Positions 21,190-29,990 of a stretch of 64,000 nucleotides of DNA are shown piece by piece; within the stretch, counting starts at the first letter, position 1; the number at the start of each line of letters is the position of its first letter. Location: the NCBI GenBank assembly GCA_977020255.1, contig CDROCS010006241.1:248001-312000 (forward strand), given 5' to 3'. The position numbers and the translations under genes are program-made. This DNA comes from Obrimoposthia wandeli. Taxonomy: Eukaryota. Below the pieces are notes generated by a model. The model was given only the letters and a program-made list of their open reading frames with translations. It was not told the origin of the DNA and ran no database searches.

Positions 21190-21936
21190 ATGAATAATTT
21201 AAAATATCTTTTTATCTCTCTAATTTTTATACTATCACTCTCACCTTTAAATAGTGCCGAAATAAAAATGTCTTTTGCTGAAGAAATACCACCATATACT
21301 TTTCCTAAAACAAATACCGGTATAGAATTAGAAATTATTGGGGCTGCATTAGCTTATAAAGGGCATACATTAAAACCTATTTACTATCCTTTAAATAAAG
21401 TTCCAACTGCATTCAAAAATAAAATAGTTGATGCTTCGATGACTGATTTAGGGGAAGACTTATCAAACTTTGGCGGATATTATGGAAATCCAGCTGTATG
21501 GTATAACAATGTATTTATTAGCCTTAAAGAAAATAGTTTATCAATTAAAAAGCCAGAAGATTTGGAAGGATTAATTGTTACATCATTCCAAGGAGCAGTA
21601 AAACGATATCCTAAATGGTTAAATCCTGTAAAAGCAAAATATAATTACTTTGAGCAAAATAATCAAAAATTACAAGTTCTAGTACTGCATAAAAATAGAG
21701 TTGATTTAATTTTAAGTGATATTAATATTTACAAATATAATGTAAATAAACTCAAAAAAGAAAAAAACTTCATACCTAAACCTATAAAAATACATTATTT
21801 CACAGAACTAAAGTTAAAGAATTATAGACCAATTTTTAGAAACAAAATAATTCGTGATAATTTTAACGAAGGGTTAAAACATATAAAAAAAACCGGAATA
21901 TATCAAGCAATTTATGATAAATATTTAAAAATTTAA
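21190..21936 (+). CDS. Family 3 periplasmic substrate-binding protein (orphan)
   Basis: Signal peptide, EIPPY...GIELEII, RVDLILSD; no permease or ATPase nearby. Confidence 0.75.
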   Translation: MNNLKYLFISLIFILSLSPLNSAEIKMSFAEEIPPYTFPKTNTGIELEIIGAALAYKGHTLKPIYYPLNKVPTAFKNKIVDASMTDLGEDLSNFGGYYGNPAVWYNNVFISLKENSLSIKKPEDLEGLIVTSFQGAVKRYPKWLNPVKAKYNYFEQNNQKLQVLVLHKNRVDLILSDINIYKYNVNKLKKEKNFIPKPIKIHYFTELKLKNYRPIFRNKIIRDNFNEGLKHIKKTGIYQAIYDKYLKI

Positions 21937-21948
21937 TAAAGGAATATT

Positions 21949-23376
21949 ATGAAGAAATTTTACAAAAAACTTATTTATATTACTCTATTTTCTTTATTAA
22001 GTATACATCTACTTAGTTCCGAAGTAGTTATCCCTCAAATAAAAAACAAACAAAGTATCACAGTTGTTGTTGAAAAGGGACATTGGACAAAATACCTTAG
22101 AGAAAAACTTGCTCCACGCTTCACGAAATTAACTCAAGTTCCTGTAAAAATTGTTGAAGTTTCTTTAGGAAATATGCTTCAATTACAAGATAAAAGTTTG
22201 ATAAATGCACAAAGCAATTATGATGTATTAAGTTTAGAAGCAGGATGGGCTAAAGAATGGGCAGCAAAGGGATACACTGTCTCATTAAATGAATTAGCCA
22301 AACAATTTGATAAGAAAAAATCTGGGTGGAATACTTTTTTACAATCTTTCTATCCATCATTATTTGAGATATTAAGTTACAATAATGAATTGCATAGTAT
22401 TCCCTACAATACATATGTTATGGCAAATCACTATCGACTTGATTTATTCGAAAATAAAATTGAACAAGAAACATTTAAAAACAAATATGGATATACATTA
22501 AGTGCTCCTAAAACACTCAAAGAATTAAAAGATATTGCACAATTTTTCACTCGTAAAAAAGGTGATTTATTAAAAGGTAAAAAACTTTTAAGAGATTTTT
22601 ATGGTGTTGCATTAATGTCAGGGAATAAACCTCATATAAATGATGAATGGTCCGCGATATTGTGGGCTTTAGGGGGACAATGGTTTAAACCAAAATATAT
22701 AAACAATAAACTTACAAACTTTACTTTACCTAAAGATTTAACTCTTTTAAAACAAACAGCAAACTACTATTTAGAATTAATGAAATATGCCTATCCTGCA
22801 AATAAAGATTTTGCATTTTTTGAATCTGCGGAGGCTTTAGCTTCCGGAAATGTCGCAATGTGGCCATTTGCATATAATAATTTATGGGCAGTATCTTCAG
22901 AATTAAAAAGTGATGATAAAGAACAAAAATTCGCTATTTCTGCCACGCCAGGAAAAAAACCATATCATGGGGCGTATGCTTTTGCAGTAGCATACGATAG
23001 CAATAATCCAGAAGCAGCATTTTGGTTCTTGCGTTTTATGACATCTAAAAAAGGGCAGGAAGAATATGCAATAGGAGGAGGAAATCCAACGAGAATAGAT
23101 GTAAATGAATATTTATCTTCAAAACTTGAAATAAATTCACCTCAATATTATTCATTAAAAACTACATTTGAAGCAAATAGATTATGGAATAAACAAATTA
23201 AAAATTATGGTCATTATATGAGTACAGCAATGGGGACGATTTATCCCCTTTTAGCGAAATATACTTATCTAATATCAAATAAAGATATTCCCGTAAATAA
23301 AGGTATTTCTCAATTATTAAAAGAAATAAGAGATGCACAAAATAAGTATGGTGAAAAAGCCATGTTCGGAAAATAA
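21949..23376 (+). CDS. Family 1 extracellular solute-binding protein (sugar-type, orphan)
   Basis: Signal peptide, YDVLSL, SIPYNT, P.TL.EL.DIAQFF and AFWFLRFMTSKKGQ motifs. Confidence 0.8.
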   Translation: MKKFYKKLIYITLFSLLSIHLLSSEVVIPQIKNKQSITVVVEKGHWTKYLREKLAPRFTKLTQVPVKIVEVSLGNMLQLQDKSLINAQSNYDVLSLEAGWAKEWAAKGYTVSLNELAKQFDKKKSGWNTFLQSFYPSLFEILSYNNELHSIPYNTYVMANHYRLDLFENKIEQETFKNKYGYTLSAPKTLKELKDIAQFFTRKKGDLLKGKKLLRDFYGVALMSGNKPHINDEWSAILWALGGQWFKPKYINNKLTNFTLPKDLTLLKQTANYYLELMKYAYPANKDFAFFESAEALASGNVAMWPFAYNNLWAVSSELKSDDKEQKFAISATPGKKPYHGAYAFAVAYDSNNPEAAFWFLRFMTSKKGQEEYAIGGGNPTRIDVNEYLSSKLEINSPQYYSLKTTFEANRLWNKQIKNYGHYMSTAMGTIYPLLAKYTYLISNKDIPVNKGISQLLKEIRDAQNKYGEKAMFGK

Positions 23377-25083
23377 ATGCATATATTTAAGATAAGAAAT
23401 CAATTTAATACCGTGTTTATTTTTATAATGACTCTTGCATTGTCAAGTTTTTTTACAGCAAATTATTTCATAAATAATGTAAGTACTTCTTATGATGATA
23501 TATTAGACAATTCATTACCTATAATGAACAAATCATCAGAAATAGCACAAATAGGTGCACAAATTGAATCAAATCTTATACAACTACAATCAGATGCTAT
23601 TAATTCTATAGACAATAAGGAAATACTTTCATCTCAAATAAACGAACTTTCTATCCAGTGGAAAAGAAGTGAACAATTGCTTAATGAATTATCCACTTAT
23701 AATATTGTCAAGAATAAAATATCAGAAAAAAAGCATAAGATAAAAGAGTATCTAAACTTTATGCCACAACTTTTAGAACAAGTTTACTTATTAAATCAAG
23801 CTAAAAAACTTGAACAGGCTTATATTGGGGATATTGAAACTATTATTAATTACAATAATAAAATTCTACTAGCAGAAATAGAATCTTTTTGGCATGAAAT
23901 GATTGATATAACACCTACGAAAATTAACTTAGAAGAACTAGAATATTCAAATTTATTTTACAAAAATAGTGCACAATTATTAAGTTATTTTAGACAAGTT
24001 TTTTTAACATCAAATATTAGTACACTTAATGTTTTAAAAAGAAATTCTGTTAAAATATTTAAAAAAATGCAAAACTCTGGCTCTTCAAAATATGAATATA
24101 AGCTATTTGCAGATGCACTACTTGAAAAAGTAAAACCAATTTATGCGGGAGAACAATCCCTTTTTAAAGTTCGGTATGATGTTTTACGCCTAACAAATGT
24201 AACAAACTCTTTAATCCAACAACAAATTAATACAGTAAAAGAGATAGAAAAAATATCAGACATAATTTTAATAGAAATACAAAATATTTTAGCTCAACAA
24301 AAAATTAAAATTAAAAAAAACTTATTGCAATCAAATCAATATTTAATTCTAATAATTTCTGTTAGTTTTATCGTTTCTTTTTTTACTCTTTGGTTTTTAG
24401 TAAATAAAAATTTAATAGAAAGAATTAGTAAGATTCGTTCTAAAATTTTAGACTTGTCCAAGGGGAAAACTAAAATTAATATTGATATTTATAAAGAAGA
24501 TGAAATTGGTGATATGGAAAAAGCTTTAGTAGAATTAAAAGGATATGTTACAAAAGCCAAGTTATTATCAACCACTGATCCCCTAACTGAACTATTAAAT
24601 CACACTCAATTCAAAAATAATTTAAAAATAGAAATCAGACGACATTCAAGACAAAGTCAACCATTAAGTTTAGCTATTATTGATATTGATTATTTTAAAA
24701 AATATAATGATCACTATGGACACCCTCAAGGAGACGAATGTTTAAAAAAAGTTAGTCGATTAATTAAAAAAACGTGTAAAAGAGCGGGAGAATATGCATA
24801 TAGAATTGGAGGAGAAGAATTTGCAGTGATAATGCCAAATACAACGGCAGAAGAACAACTAGTAAAATTGGAAAATTTACAAAATAAATTAAAAAAATCA
24901 AAAATTGAACACAACAACTCTTCTATATCAAATATAATAACAATATCCATAGGTATTTATAGTTGTAATCATAATGAATTAGTTACAGCGAATGAGTTTT
25001 ATAAAAAAGCTGATGAGGCCTTATATAAAGCTAAAAAAAATAGAAATAGTATTGTGATTAATGAATGTGAAATTAGTGTTTAA
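23377..25083 (+). CDS. Membrane diguanylate cyclase (large helical periplasmic domain, HAMP, GGDEF)
   Basis: TM1, about 290-aa periplasmic region, TM2, HAMP (KEDEIGDM), TDPLTELLN, RIGGEEF. Confidence 0.9.
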   Translation: MHIFKIRNQFNTVFIFIMTLALSSFFTANYFINNVSTSYDDILDNSLPIMNKSSEIAQIGAQIESNLIQLQSDAINSIDNKEILSSQINELSIQWKRSEQLLNELSTYNIVKNKISEKKHKIKEYLNFMPQLLEQVYLLNQAKKLEQAYIGDIETIINYNNKILLAEIESFWHEMIDITPTKINLEELEYSNLFYKNSAQLLSYFRQVFLTSNISTLNVLKRNSVKIFKKMQNSGSSKYEYKLFADALLEKVKPIYAGEQSLFKVRYDVLRLTNVTNSLIQQQINTVKEIEKISDIILIEIQNILAQQKIKIKKNLLQSNQYLILIISVSFIVSFFTLWFLVNKNLIERISKIRSKILDLSKGKTKINIDIYKEDEIGDMEKALVELKGYVTKAKLLSTTDPLTELLNHTQFKNNLKIEIRRHSRQSQPLSLAIIDIDYFKKYNDHYGHPQGDECLKKVSRLIKKTCKRAGEYAYRIGGEEFAVIMPNTTAEEQLVKLENLQNKLKKSKIEHNNSSISNIITISIGIYSCNHNELVTANEFYKKADEALYKAKKNRNSIVINECEISV

Positions 25084-25096
25084 TGTTAGATAGCTT

Positions 25097-26137
25097 TTAA
25101 AAAGACTCTTTTTCTATATTTTCATATGTCGTTTGATTTCTTCCATTCTCTTTTGATTCATATAAAAGTTTATCTACTTTATTATATATTTTCTTTGAAT
25201 TTAAAGTATCTCTTTTGTCAAGATGATTCACGTTAACCAATCCAATAGAAATTGTTAGAAAAGAGGATACATCATTATTACAAGATTCTATTTTTGCATT
25301 TTCAACATTTTGTCTTAGTTTTTCTATTAGTAAAAAAGAATCTTCATTACTTTTTACATCAAAAAGTATTCCAAACTCTTCTCCCCCTAATCTAAAAATA
25401 AAATCATTTGGTCTGTGAAAAGTTTCTTCTAATATCTTACTTACTGAGATTAGGGTCTCATCCCCTTGTTGGTGTCCATAACAATCATTATAATCTTTAA
25501 AAAAATCTATATCTATTAATGCTAAAGAAAAAGAATGATTATTTCTATCCAATAAACTCAATTTCTTTTCAAAAATCTCTTCAAAATATCTTCTGTTGTT
25601 TAAACCAGTTAAATAATCGGTTATACTCAGACTACTTAATATTTTATTTTTTTCATCTAATTCAATCAATGTTTTTTTATATTCACTAATATCAAGCATT
25701 ATTCCAACAAGACCAAGTATTTTACCTTCCACTACAAAAGATGACTTATAAAAATTATAGTATCTGGTTAAGCCATCTGCACATTTAACTTCTGCTTCAT
25801 AGAATTGAACACCTGGATTAGTAAAAAGTTCTTTATCTTTTTCATAATAAACATCAGCATTTTTTTTAGGGATAACATCAGGTAAATCATAAAGTGTTCT
25901 ACCTAGTATTTCATTTTTTGAAATACCCAAAATCGTTTTTGAAAAGGCATCATTACAGTGTTGATATACACCATAAATATCTTTGTAGAACATAGGATTA
26001 GGTATTATATCAAATAGCATATTTAAAAAAGAATCATTTACTTTTATATTTTCTTTTAAAGAATCCATCACTAAGAGTGTTGTTTCTAAAGATTTAATTT
26101 TTGATTCTAATTCTTCATATGAAGGTTTATTATTCAT
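25097..26137 (-). CDS. PAS-GGDEF diguanylate cyclase
   Basis: PAS (IIPNPMFYKD), TDYLTGLNNRR, RPND I-site, RLGGEEF. Confidence 0.9.
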   Translation of the reverse strand: MNNKPSYEELESKIKSLETTLLVMDSLKENIKVNDSFLNMLFDIIPNPMFYKDIYGVYQHCNDAFSKTILGISKNEILGRTLYDLPDVIPKKNADVYYEKDKELFTNPGVQFYEAEVKCADGLTRYYNFYKSSFVVEGKILGLVGIMLDISEYKKTLIELDEKNKILSSLSITDYLTGLNNRRYFEEIFEKKLSLLDRNNHSFSLALIDIDFFKDYNDCYGHQQGDETLISVSKILEETFHRPNDFIFRLGGEEFGILFDVKSNEDSFLLIEKLRQNVENAKIESCNNDVSSFLTISIGLVNVNHLDKRDTLNSKKIYNKVDKLLYESKENGRNQTTYENIEKESF

Positions 26138-26419
26138 ATTTTAATACCTTTTGTTTTATGTTAATCCAATTATTATTATTATTTTAATAAAAAAATTACC
26201 TATTGCCTTATATTTATATTTTTCGAAGAAATAATAATAACATATATCTTTTATAAATTGACTCTAAATCAATAAAATAAACTACAAATATTACAATTCT
26301 GAGACAATTGAGAGACAAAGTTATAGTAATATTAAATATTAAAATTGATTTTATATATTTTGATACTTTTAAGATACTCTTAATTGATAAAATATACTTA
26401 TCAAAAAAAGGTTTTAATT

Positions 26420-27010
26420 ATGAGAATTTTAATATATGACAATAATATAAATGACTTAAATAAATTATCTTCAATGATTGAAGCATTTCCAATTGAAACA
26501 ATTATAGATAAAGTTTCTGACTATAAAGATTGTCTTGAAATATATAAAAAACACAATTATGATAAACTTTTTATTGACTTTACAGATGATATAGGTAAAA
26601 ACATTGCTAAAAAACTTATTTCAGAGAATCCTAAACAAAGAATCTATTTATTAAATGATACATTTGAATGTCTGCATGATAAAGATTGTATACATTGTAA
26701 AGAAAGTTTCAACAAAGAAACAATTATAAAGCCAGTAAACCAAATTCAGTTAAGCAAAATTATCAGTAAAAACTTTAAATGTGAAAGCTTTAACAAAAGT
26801 GAATTTGAATTTCAATTAGAAAAAGTAAAAAAATCTATACTAAATGAATATCCATATTTTAAATTTGAATTTAACAAAAATAATAACATGTTAAAATCAG
26901 AACCAATGCCAATAGCAATTTTAGTATATATAATTGAACAACTACAAGTAAATAATATAGAATATGTAGTTGAAAACAACGAAAAAATTAGAATTCTACC
27001 AAACAGTTAA
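26420..27010 (+). CDS. Atypical receiver-domain protein with Cys-rich insert
   Basis: MRILIYDNN...LFIDF...IIKP receiver pattern; CLHDKDCIHC insert; start at ATG 26420 behind AAGG. Confidence 0.65.
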   Translation: MRILIYDNNINDLNKLSSMIEAFPIETIIDKVSDYKDCLEIYKKHNYDKLFIDFTDDIGKNIAKKLISENPKQRIYLLNDTFECLHDKDCIHCKESFNKETIIKPVNQIQLSKIISKNFKCESFNKSEFEFQLEKVKKSILNEYPYFKFEFNKNNNMLKSEPMPIAILVYIIEQLQVNNIEYVVENNEKIRILPNS

Positions 27011-27053
27011 TATTTTAACTCCCTTTTTTAGTGACTTTTAGTAATATTCATTT

Positions 27054-27722
27054 ATGGAATTATTAGATAAAGAACACTCTATTTACCTTTTAGATGAAGA
27101 TAATTTTGATTTCCCTACAGAAGATATGATGAATGACGATCTTGTAGCCGTGGGAGGAGATTTTCATCCTCAAAGAATTATCAATGCCTATGAACAAGGG
27201 ATTTTCCCGTGGTTTATTGATGAAAACAATCATATACATTGGTATAGCCCAAACAAAAGAATGGTTTTATACCCAAATGAGTTCAAAATTTCAAAAAGCC
27301 TTAAACGTACTATTAGAAATAAAGGTTTTACAATCAAATCAAATGAAAACTTTGAAGATGTGATAAAAAATTGTTCAAATATAAAAAGAAAGCATGAAGA
27401 CGAAACATGGATTGATGATAATTTTATACAAGCGTACACAAATCTTCACAAACTTGGTATAGCATTTTCAATCGAATGTTATTTAGAAGATAAACTAGTT
27501 GGGGGATTATATGGTCTACTAATAAATGATATATTTTGTGGAGAAAGCATGTTTGCTAAAGAAAAAGATGCTTCAAAAGTTGCCTTTTATTATCTTTGTA
27601 AACAAGCAGAAGAAAATAATATAAAACTTATTGATTGTCAAATTTATAATGAACATCTTGAAAGCTTAGGTGCAAAAGAAATCAAAAGAAAAGAATATTT
27701 TAAAATTTTAAACAACTTATAA
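27054..27722 (+). CDS. aat: Leucyl/phenylalanyl-tRNA--protein transferase
   Basis: AVGGD, YEQGIFPWF, LVGGLYG, FCGESMF, DASKVA and IDCQ motifs. Confidence 0.95.
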   Translation: MELLDKEHSIYLLDEDNFDFPTEDMMNDDLVAVGGDFHPQRIINAYEQGIFPWFIDENNHIHWYSPNKRMVLYPNEFKISKSLKRTIRNKGFTIKSNENFEDVIKNCSNIKRKHEDETWIDDNFIQAYTNLHKLGIAFSIECYLEDKLVGGLYGLLINDIFCGESMFAKEKDASKVAFYYLCKQAEENNIKLIDCQIYNEHLESLGAKEIKRKEYFKILNNL

Positions 27723-27781
27723 AAAATCAAAAATTAACTCTAACCTCTCACGAATCCCTTAAATAAGGTCTTTTTGTCTAA

Positions 27782-27834
27782 ATAGGACAATTTTAGTCCT
27801 ATATTGATTTAAATCAAGACAATTTTTGTCCTAT
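27782..27834. promoter_or_regulatory. Operator cluster: FNR/CRP-type TTGAT-N4-ATCAA box flanked by two 17-bp direct repeats
   Basis: TTGATTTAAATCAA at 27804-27817; GACAATTTT(A/T)GTCCTAT at 27786-27802 and 27818-27834. Confidence 0.55.
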
Positions 27835-27873
27835 TTAATTATAATTCGATCAACTTATTTAAAAAGGACGTAT

Positions 27874-28101
27874 ATGAAACAAGTTTTAACAAAAATTTTA
27901 TTAGGTGTAGCTTTAATTAGTGGGGCAAATGCTGGAGATAAATTCAATGATCTTTCAGAAGAATACTTATATGGAAATATATCTGTTGACATAAGAAAAG
28001 AAATTGCAAAAGATCCAGAAACTGCTACAAAAATATTAAAAATTTTAGCACAAGACACTAATGCAGAAATTAGAAAATATGCAAAGAAAAACCTACATTA
28101 A
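27874..28101 (+). CDS. Small secreted protein with LRV/HEAT-like helical repeat
   Basis: AAGGA RBS, signal peptide, IRKEIAKDPET..ILKILAQD....IRKYA. Confidence 0.6.
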   Translation: MKQVLTKILLGVALISGANAGDKFNDLSEEYLYGNISVDIRKEIAKDPETATKILKILAQDTNAEIRKYAKKNLH

Positions 28102-28114
28102 ATTATAAATTTTT

Positions 28115-28160
28115 ATATAGCAGAATTTTCTTCTTCTCCTTATTCTGCTATATTTTTTTT
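28115..28160 (+). terminator. Rho-independent terminator
   Basis: ATATAGCAGAAT-loop-ATTCTGCTATAT followed by a T run. Confidence 0.65.
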
Positions 28161-28346
28161 CATAAACTCACTAATATTAAACATATCTTTAAAACTTTTT
28201 TATAGAACACTAAAAGAACACTAAAAATAAATACTATACAAAATATTCTAAATATAAAAAGATACAAATAAGGATAGAATAAAACTTTAATTTTAAACAA
28301 AACAAAATAATACAATTATCACTAATAATATTAAATAGGAAAAGAT

Positions 28347-29921
28347 ATGGCAGAAAAAGAATTATCAGCAGTAGAACAATTAAAAGCATCTAGAAATCCA
28401 CTAAAAGTTGTGGAGGATATGTTTAAAGAAGCACAAGAAGGAATCCCTTTAAGTGACGAATATATTGGATTGTTAAAATGGTATGGTATGTATCCACATA
28501 TTAACCACGATGAAACAGAAGATAAAAAATATTTTATGAAAAGAATCAAATTAGTTGATGCGAAGATGAATCTAGAACAACTTGATGTTATGGCTAAGAT
28601 AGCTCAAGAATATGCGCAAGGGTTAGTAGATTTTACAGTAAGACAAAATGTCCAGTTTCATTATATTCAGATTAAAGATATACCAGCAATCTTTAAATTG
28701 TTAGATTCTGTAGGTCTAACATCACGAATGGCATCAGGTGATGGACCAAGACCAATTATGACTTCACCAGTTGCAGGTATTGACCCTGAAGAAATTATTG
28801 ATGTTTCTAATTTAGTAAAAGAAGTTGATACGTATTTTGATAAAAATGATGATAGATTTTGTAACTTTCCAAGAAAATACAAAACTGGTATTTCAGGATG
28901 TGGAAAACACTCAGCAGCACACGAAGTTCAAGATGTTGCATTTACAGCATTTAAAACTGAAGAAGGTGAAGTATTATTTGATTTAACAGTTGCGGGTGGT
29001 CTTTCAAAATCTAAGCAAATTGCTTATAGAGCGAATAGATATGTAAAGGTTGAACAAGTAAAAGATGTAACTGTTGTATGTGCTGAAATTTTCAGAGAGT
29101 TTGGAAATAGAGCAAATAGAAATAAAGCAAGAGTTAGACATCTAGTAAACGATTGGGGCTTAGAAAAGTTTGTAGCAGAAATTGAAACAAGATTGGGATA
29201 CTCTTTACAAGAAGGGTTAATAGAACCTAAAATCACACCTTTCGAAAAAAGAAATCATTTCGGTATTCATAAAGCAAAACAAGAAGGCGAATCATTTATT
29301 GGATTTGCTACAAATTCAGGAAGAATTGATGGTAGTGATTTCCAAATTATAAGCGACCTTTGTAAAAAATATAATGCAAAAGGATTAGCACTTACCTCAA
29401 CACAAAACTTTATTATCTATGGAGTAAAAGATGCAGATGCACAAACTTTTGCAGATGAAATTGATGCATTAGGTTATCCATATAACCCTACACCATTTAG
29501 AGCAAGATTACAATCATGTACAGGAAAAGAGTTCTGTAAGTTTGGTATTACTGAAACTAAAGAATATGCAAAAGAAGTTGTAAAAGAATTAGAAGAAAGA
29601 ATTCCAGATTTTAATGAAAATGTAATGATTGCAATTTCAGGATGTGGAAATGCCTGTTCTCACCCACAAATTGCAGATATTGGATTTATTGGTACTAAAG
29701 TTAGAGATGAAGAAGGTAATAGAGTTGAAGGATATGATCTTATTCTTGGTGGACACTTAGAAGGTACAAAAGATAGTAGAATTGCTCATAAAACACCAGT
29801 TAAAGTTACCGCAGATAAAGTTGTTGATTTTATTGTTAATTTAATAGCATCTTACAAAGTAGATAACTTAGGTCAAACGACATTTAAAGAATATTTAAAT
29901 ATTGTAGAGTTAGAAAAATAA
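28347..29921 (+). CDS. Ferredoxin-type nitrite/sulfite reductase (siroheme, 4Fe-4S)
   Basis: LLKWYGMY, TVRQNVQFH, PRKYK, CTGKEFC and SGCGNAC; nitrite versus sulfite specificity not resolvable. Confidence 0.88.
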   Translation: MAEKELSAVEQLKASRNPLKVVEDMFKEAQEGIPLSDEYIGLLKWYGMYPHINHDETEDKKYFMKRIKLVDAKMNLEQLDVMAKIAQEYAQGLVDFTVRQNVQFHYIQIKDIPAIFKLLDSVGLTSRMASGDGPRPIMTSPVAGIDPEEIIDVSNLVKEVDTYFDKNDDRFCNFPRKYKTGISGCGKHSAAHEVQDVAFTAFKTEEGEVLFDLTVAGGLSKSKQIAYRANRYVKVEQVKDVTVVCAEIFREFGNRANRNKARVRHLVNDWGLEKFVAEIETRLGYSLQEGLIEPKITPFEKRNHFGIHKAKQEGESFIGFATNSGRIDGSDFQIISDLCKKYNAKGLALTSTQNFIIYGVKDADAQTFADEIDALGYPYNPTPFRARLQSCTGKEFCKFGITETKEYAKEVVKELEERIPDFNENVMIAISGCGNACSHPQIADIGFIGTKVRDEEGNRVEGYDLILGGHLEGTKDSRIAHKTPVKVTADKVVDFIVNLIASYKVDNLGQTTFKEYLNIVELEK

Positions 29922-29990
29922 GAAGAGCTAATCTCTTCTTATTTTAATTAATATTGAATACAAACTTCAAATAATACTCGTCATGCTTTT

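Noticed and set aside
26258-26272. FNR-like TTGAC-N5-ATCAA
   Set aside because: Spacer is 5 nt rather than 4, and one half-site is imperfect.
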